DNA of 63,416 nucleotides, counting the filler, from Reclinomonas americana ATCC 50394 (lineage: Eukaryota), in assembly GCA_048213135.1 (NCBI GenBank). It is 6 parts of 5 records of this genome, joined end to end, with 100 filler letters (N's around TTAATTAATTAA, not from the genome) between each part and the next. Parts side by side here need not be neighbours in the genome. Positions count along the whole stretch, not along the records: positions 56,740 to 61,199 come from PS015503.1; positions 61,300 to 63,416 come from PS015505.1; 4 more parts are not named here. One strand, 5' to 3'. The position numbers were made by a program, and so were the translations under genes. This document shows, piece after piece, positions 60,001-63,416 of the stretch; the first letter of the stretch is position 1, and each line of letters starts with the position of its first letter. The notes under the pieces were generated by a model. That model saw only the letters and a list, made by a program, of their open reading frames with translations, was not told the DNA's origin and did no database searches.

Positions 60001-60559
60001 TGCTCGGATCGCCCAGCACCCACGGTTGCTGTCCGACCGTGTGAGGGACTGGCACCGTGGTGCCTCCGGGAGCCGGCATGCGAGTCGGCGTCGCGAATGC
60101 CGACCTGGCACCCGCGGCGGCCACCACCACCGACTCGCTGGCGGTCTGGTACGGATTGCCTGGGTTGCCGGGTGTCAATGGCCGTGGCGACGGCGATCGT
60201 CCCCCGGCCGCTGCCGACGCCGGCACCATCAGCGAGCCACCCGCCAAGCTCGAAATCGAGCCCGAAGACGACCGCGAACCCAAGCTCGCCATACTGCTCG
60301 ACACCGACATGGACACACCAAGAGAGCCTGCACGGGGTAGCAAGAAAATAGCTCATTGAGGCGATGGAGGAGGCGGGGTATGGGGTGGCGAGTGAAATAA
60401 TGCACGCACTGGCATCCCACAAGCGCACAGTGGAATCGGCCGAGGCGGTCACCACACGGCTGTCGTACAAAAAGGCGACCGAGTGCACCGCGTCAGAGTG
60501 GCCGGACAGCGAGCCGACAACTTCGCCCGTGGCGACGCGATAGATGCGGACGGCCTTGT
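57099..60559 (-). CDS. WD40 - low complexity - coiled coil - RLK/Pelle/IRAK-like Ser/Thr kinase (both ends truncated)
   Basis: Spliced: ..LSGHSDAVHSVAF..TASADSTVRLWD..(coiled coil)..[124 protein letters not shown]. Confidence 0.88.
57620..57900. repeat. Intronic tandem duplication (period about 165 bp) in the kinase gene
   Basis: ctcccacatgcacagcaac..acatcaacgagtcgcagcgacctgttcacttcacc occurs at about 57623 and 57788. Confidence 0.8.
58940..59455. repeat. Intronic minisatellite-like array (about 4 x 140-160 bp) in the kinase gene
   Basis: caacgagact(g/t)aa(g/a)ctactctt recurs at about 58946, 59087, 59244 and 59396. Confidence 0.8.
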
Positions 60560-60660
60560 CTGGAATGAGACAAAAGGTCGAGATAATGGTGAGAGCGTGG
60601 ATGGTTTCTCTCCTCTCTCACTTACAGAAAGACAAATCTTCCTTATTTACACATACACAC

Positions 60661-60701
<41 letters not shown>

Positions 60702-61299
60702 CGAAAAGAAGCTGTCTGTCCCTGTCGCACACACACACACAAACACCTCTAGCATTCTCAAATCTCTTCCGATCCCTCAATACACAGACACTGCATTATC
60801 TTCCTTGATTCGGTGGAAGCCAAGTTGCTCTCTCTCTCTCTCTCTGTCTCTTTCTGTCTCTGTGTGTGTGTCTCTTTCTGTCTCTGAAACTCGCAATCAC
60901 TCCTGCACAGAATAAACCACTCTAGTAGGCTGTACCGTCATAACTACTCAGGGTCTTGACACGAACAAGTATGTACTGTTCCTACTATAGAGCACACACG
61001 CACACACATATGCACACATGCTGTCCCGCTCAAAATCTCTCTCTTTCCCTGTCTTCTCTCCCTTTTCCCTTCCACCTCTCCTTTCTCATAATCTCCCTCC
61101 CTCCTCTTTCTTTGCCTTCTTCTTCTCCTCCCCCTATGTCCTCTCTCACTTTCCCTTTCCCTTTCTCCTTCAGTTCCCTTTCCCTTCTACCTCCCCTTTN
61201 NNNNNNNNNNNNNNNNNNNNNNNNNNNNNNNNNNNNNNNNNNNTTAATTAATTAANNNNNNNNNNNNNNNNNNNNNNNNNNNNNNNNNNNNNNNNNNNN

Positions 61300-63416
61300 T
61301 CTGCGCGTGGTGAGCCTGCTGGTTCTCGCATCGTCAGTCGCCGTCCCCATGGTGTCCTGGTTGGCCGTGATTTGCACATGCTCTCGACGACAGTGGGTGA
61401 CATCACTTGTGACACTAACTCGTGCTATCGCACTCGTGCGCTCTCGTCAGCGGTTGCCGTCGCTGTTCTTGACGATATGTCGCCTTACAGCGGTCTAGTC
61501 TCCTCTCCGGTTGTTGGTATTGAGCAGTTCACTACGCTGGTAGATGTGCCGTTGAATGTGACATTGGTCAGAGAGCCATATGCCCTCGACGGAGGTGAAT
61601 CAAGTGTGCACTTTGTTGCTGTGGCATCGATTCCCAGTTCAATTGCTCTTGAGTGCCAATTCGCCCGCACGGTTGTTCGCGCCCTTGTCGACGGAGCCGA
61701 CACGTATTTGTGTGGTGCGCCGCACCTACCAACAGGTGCTGTCGAGTTGCGTGTTGTCGAGCACCAGCTTCGACACTCTGCTGCCATCGATTTCGCTGTC
61801 CTTCCGCTGTTGAATGGCACAGCTCTGAGCATGTCGCCACTGGTGCACGTCGCTGCAGTGGATGGCGCATCGCAGTTGACGGCTTCCTTCCCTCGAGCAT
61901 TTAGCGCCACGGGAGGTAAAATTTCGATCTGCGTGTGGAGTGGTCTTCGAGAATCTGCGGCTGCGATATTCTCCGATCACTCGGTTTGTGCTGTGCCGCA
62001 TCTCGCTGCTGGGTTTGTCTCAGTGGACGTGATGGCTGATGACGTTGTTCTGTCGACTTCATTGCCGTCGGTGTCCATGATTGAACGTATGGTCGTCGAA
62101 TCTGTGTTGCCTGAGTTTGTTTCTCACGGCTCGAGGTCTCTGGTTCAGTTGTCGGGCATCTTGTTCTCGCAAGGCGAATCCAGTCCGCGTCTGCTTGTTC
62201 GTGCTGACCGGTCTGTTGTTGACAAGCCCATCGAGTGCGCTGTGACAGTCATGTCGTCTCGATTTGCAGTCTCGTCAGTTGGTTCCACTTCGTTTACGTC
62301 CGACGAGGTCTCGATGGTGCTTGCCAGCGTTAACGGCGTGATATTGTCCAACACGGTGGCTGTTGCACTGTCGACCCACGGTTTTGTCGCCGACGTGTAT
62401 CCGGCAGTGGCAGACAGTTCGGGCGGTGCCACTGTGACGCTGCGGGGTGAGTCGCTCGCCGGTTCCGCACCTCGGGCTGTGTTTGGTCGCACGGTGGTGA
62501 TGGCCAGTGTTGCAACTAACAGTGAGGCTCGCTGTGTGGCACCGGTTCTTCCAGCGTTATCCGTGCCGGTGTCTTATGGTCGTCAGTGGAATGAGTTGAT
62601 GGCGCCCCCACAGCCGTTTGTTGTGTTTGCCCATCAGAATATTACTGCTGTCGATCCGTTCCTATACGGAGACGCCGACGGCGTTGAGGTGTACCTCGCT
62701 GCATCGTCGTCGGCCTTCTTGTCGCGAGCCCTGCTGCAGTGTACTATTGGTTCTGTGCAAGTGTCTGCGCACTGGCTGAACGACGGTATTGTTGTGTGTG
62801 ATGCTGTCATGCCGCGAACGGGATTCTTCACCATTGAAGTCACGGACGGAGAATCTGTTTTCACGACTCCGCCTGACCAGCCGCATTTGACATCGATTGT
62901 CGTGCCTCATGTGTACTCGGTGCTGCCGGCGTACGGCACCACTGCTGGCGCGACTGAGATTGCTGTTGAGGGCGCGGATTTCATTCCGGTGATTCCGCTG
63001 TGGTGTGCAGTGGGTCAGATCACGGTTCCTGCCGTGCAGGTTAGCACGCGATTGGTTGTGTGCGAAACGCCGGCTGCGACTGCCGAAGGCGGTCAACTGG
63101 TCCGCGTGACGCATTTCCGCAAACTGCAGCACGCTCAACATTCTACTACGTTCAACTACGTGAATAATCCATCTCTCCGACTGGGCCTGCCGACTGTTTT
63201 GCCGAACGAAGGTGGTACGCTGCTTTTCCTGAATACCACCGACATTACGGGATCTGCAGCTCTGCAGGTTCGATACGGCGCCGTGCACGTGCCACCTCGA
63301 TTCGGCTCCGACGATATGTTGTCGTTGCTGACGCCGCTGTACACTGCGCTGTCGGTCAACATTGATGTGACGCTGAACCAGCAGGAGTACTTCCCGCTGA
63401 TGCATGCTGTCTTGCA
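61300..63416 (+). CDS. Large IPT/TIG-repeat surface protein (internal fragment, open across the scaffold piece)
   Basis: A continuous frame from 61300, absent from the ORF track because no stop occurs before the window end, contains VADVYPAVADSSGGATVTLRGESL..ARCVAP and VYSVLPAYGTTAGATEIAVEGADF..LVVCETP. Confidence 0.8.

Noticed and set aside
56182..60559. WD40 array plus Pelle-like kinase as a linked immune gene cluster
   Set aside because: An artificial spacer at 56684 separates them, so their adjacency carries no information.

Overview
Eukaryotic, intron-dense, GC-rich draft-genome sequence from a flagellated protist (inferred from a PPIL6/radial-spoke-type cyclophilin; species not identifiable from the sequence). 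The window is a concatenation of six scaffolds joined by artificial N-TTAATTAATTAA-N spacers (24850, 38817, 42881, 56684, 61244), with many N gaps and microsatellites. I spliced genes by hand. Recognisable genes: TXNDC9/PhLP3, the C-terminal half of GCN1, SNRNP27K, an APH/EcKL-type kinase, a patatin, a Tweety/prominin-like membrane protein, PPIL6, ECH1, an EF-hand protein, an Osm1-like fumarate reductase, CSN1, a five-copy WD40 family, a WD40/coiled-coil/RLK-Pelle-like kinase, and several surface proteins (Pmp-like beta-helix, IPT/TIG). The most striking signal is a second, very common 5' splice-site class, H|GTT(G/T)(C/A)G. It is the normal donor consensus displaced by one nucleotide, occurs at about 28 of roughly 110 modelled introns, and always follows a non-G exon end. 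Also notable are a diversifying tandem WD40 family with a conserved SOCS/F-box-like tail and microexons of 9 and 12 nt. All gene models are manual and lack transcript evidence.
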